Assembly: GCF_965240435.1 (NCBI RefSeq)
Contig: NZ_CBDEKO010000003.1
Origin: Moorena producens
GTDB lineage: Bacteria > Cyanobacteriota > Cyanobacteriia > Cyanobacteriales > Coleofasciculaceae
Reading direction: 5' to 3' (one strand)
DNA length: 64,000 bases
Both the position numbers and the translations under genes were made by a program. A model generated the notes under the pieces. That model searched no databases, had not been told where the DNA came from, and saw only the letters and a program-made list of their open reading frames with translations. Each line of letters begins with the position of its first letter. Within the stretch, counting starts at the first letter, position 1. Below, piece after piece: positions 63,531 to 64,000 of the stretch.

Positions 63531-63554
63531 CTTACATAAAAACTCAGACAGGGG

Positions 63555-64000
63555 TTAAATTTCATCGGGATTAATACCCATCTGTCGTAACCGTTCTGCT
63601 AGTTGTTGAGCTCGTTGTTGAGCCAGTTCAGCTCGTTGTTGAGCCAGTTCAGCTCGTTGTTGAGCCAATTCCTTCTGTTGACGTTCTTGTTCAGCTCGTT
63701 GCCGTTGAAGTTCGGTTCGGTCTGCCTCAGTGGGAATCCAATTCCCATCTTGATCATACCAACGTAGCCACAACCGATTCAATCCCCGATATTGACCAAG
63801 CCATAGCCCTAGACCCAATTGCAACTCAGGGATCCAAAATTGGGAATTGTCTATGGTTTGGGGTTGATAGCTGCCGCCATCTAACTTAAAAATTCGCAAT
63901 TCATTGCTGACTCGCTCAAAGGTGACATAGTAGGGAATTGCTAAAATCTGCTCGTACACTTCCCATTTGGTGGGTGGTTCTGCCGTTCGTTCACTGTAAC
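63555..64000 (-). CDS. Uma2-family endonuclease-like protein (partial, continues beyond window)
   Basis: C-terminal ..LRWYDQDGNWIPTEADRTELQRQRAEQERQ..(QRAELAQ)x3..LRQMGINPDEI, typical of cyanobacterial Uma2/DUF820 proteins. The reading frame stays open to the window edge. Confidence 0.5.
   Translation of the reverse strand, partial: YSERTAEPPTKWEVYEQILAIPYYVTFERVSNELRIFKLDGGSYQPQTIDNSQFWIPELQLGLGLWLGQYRGLNRLWLRWYDQDGNWIPTEADRTELQRQRAEQERQQKELAQQRAELAQQRAELAQQRAQQLAERLRQMGINPDEI

Overview
This window looks like a chromosomal segment from a filamentous cyanobacterium. The evidence is about 20 GCGATCGC (HIP1) octamers, pervasive heptanucleotide tandem repeats in the intergenic DNA, and cyanobacterial-type ribosomal protein sequences. 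The first ~37 kb is accessory-like and the last ~27 kb is a conserved translation/core-gene block.

Main content of the first 37 kb:
- Amt ammonium transporter (21-1598).
- STAS anti-sigma-factor antagonist (5808-6158).
- Fused B12-binding radical SAM plus radical-SAM-associated protein (6404-9232). It carries an in-frame repeat-element insertion of 7 x PTNLQ flanked by inverted GCGTGGCC..GGCCAAGG arms.
- ABC exporter with an N-terminal cyclic-nucleotide-binding domain (9306-12008), of the family usually tied to NHLP/Nif11 bacteriocin export.
- Tandem TerB-like protein (12434-13564) and an HExxH-motif hypothetical (13658-14827).
- A biosynthetic island at about 15.0-30.4 kb, described below.
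- A bacterial major vault protein (MVP) homologue (31061-34496). It is split into three pieces by two precisely excisable non-coding insertions.
- CPA2/Kef-type cation:proton antiporter with RCK domains (35016-37217).

Biosynthetic island (15.0-30.4 kb), genes in order:
- Putative 2OG-Fe(II) oxygenase (15068-16156).
- Flavin-dependent, tryptophan-halogenase-family enzyme (16172-17506).
- Hypothetical protein (17755-18825).
- FAD amine-oxidase domain fused to squalene-cyclase-like QW repeats (18810-20960).
- Hypothetical protein (21319-22446).
- Nif11-type leader peptide precursor with a double-glycine site and the 7-residue core LCWRWST (22936-23190).
- Two paralogous UPF0489-like proteins that carry arginase-like metal-binding motifs (23478-24458 and 24523-26124). 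The second is fused to a prolyl-hydroxylase-like 2OG-Fe(II) oxygenase domain.
- ProcM-like class II lanthipeptide synthetase LanM with a CCG zinc motif (26241-29546).
- Pentapeptide-repeat protein translationally coupled to LanM (29540-30409).

This lanthipeptide cluster is the most likely candidate for an undescribed system. It combines arginase-fold and oxygenase tailoring, and has a nearby halogenase, around a tiny Trp- and Arg-containing core.

The second half (37.9-57.0 kb) holds the S10/spc/alpha-type gene block. In order: rplC, rplD, rplW, rplB, rpsS, rplV, rpsC, rplP, rpmC, rpsQ, rplN, rplX, rplE, rpsH, rplF, rplR, rpsE, rplO, secY, adk, infA, rpmJ, rpsM, rpsK, rpoA, rplQ, truA, rplM, rpsI, rpmE, prfA. 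After it come a response-regulator/PAS class III adenylate cyclase, an AAA-like domain protein whose stop codon is supplied by a dispersed repeat element, a short repeat protein, a putative DUF2993-like protein, and a partial Uma2-family gene at the window edge.
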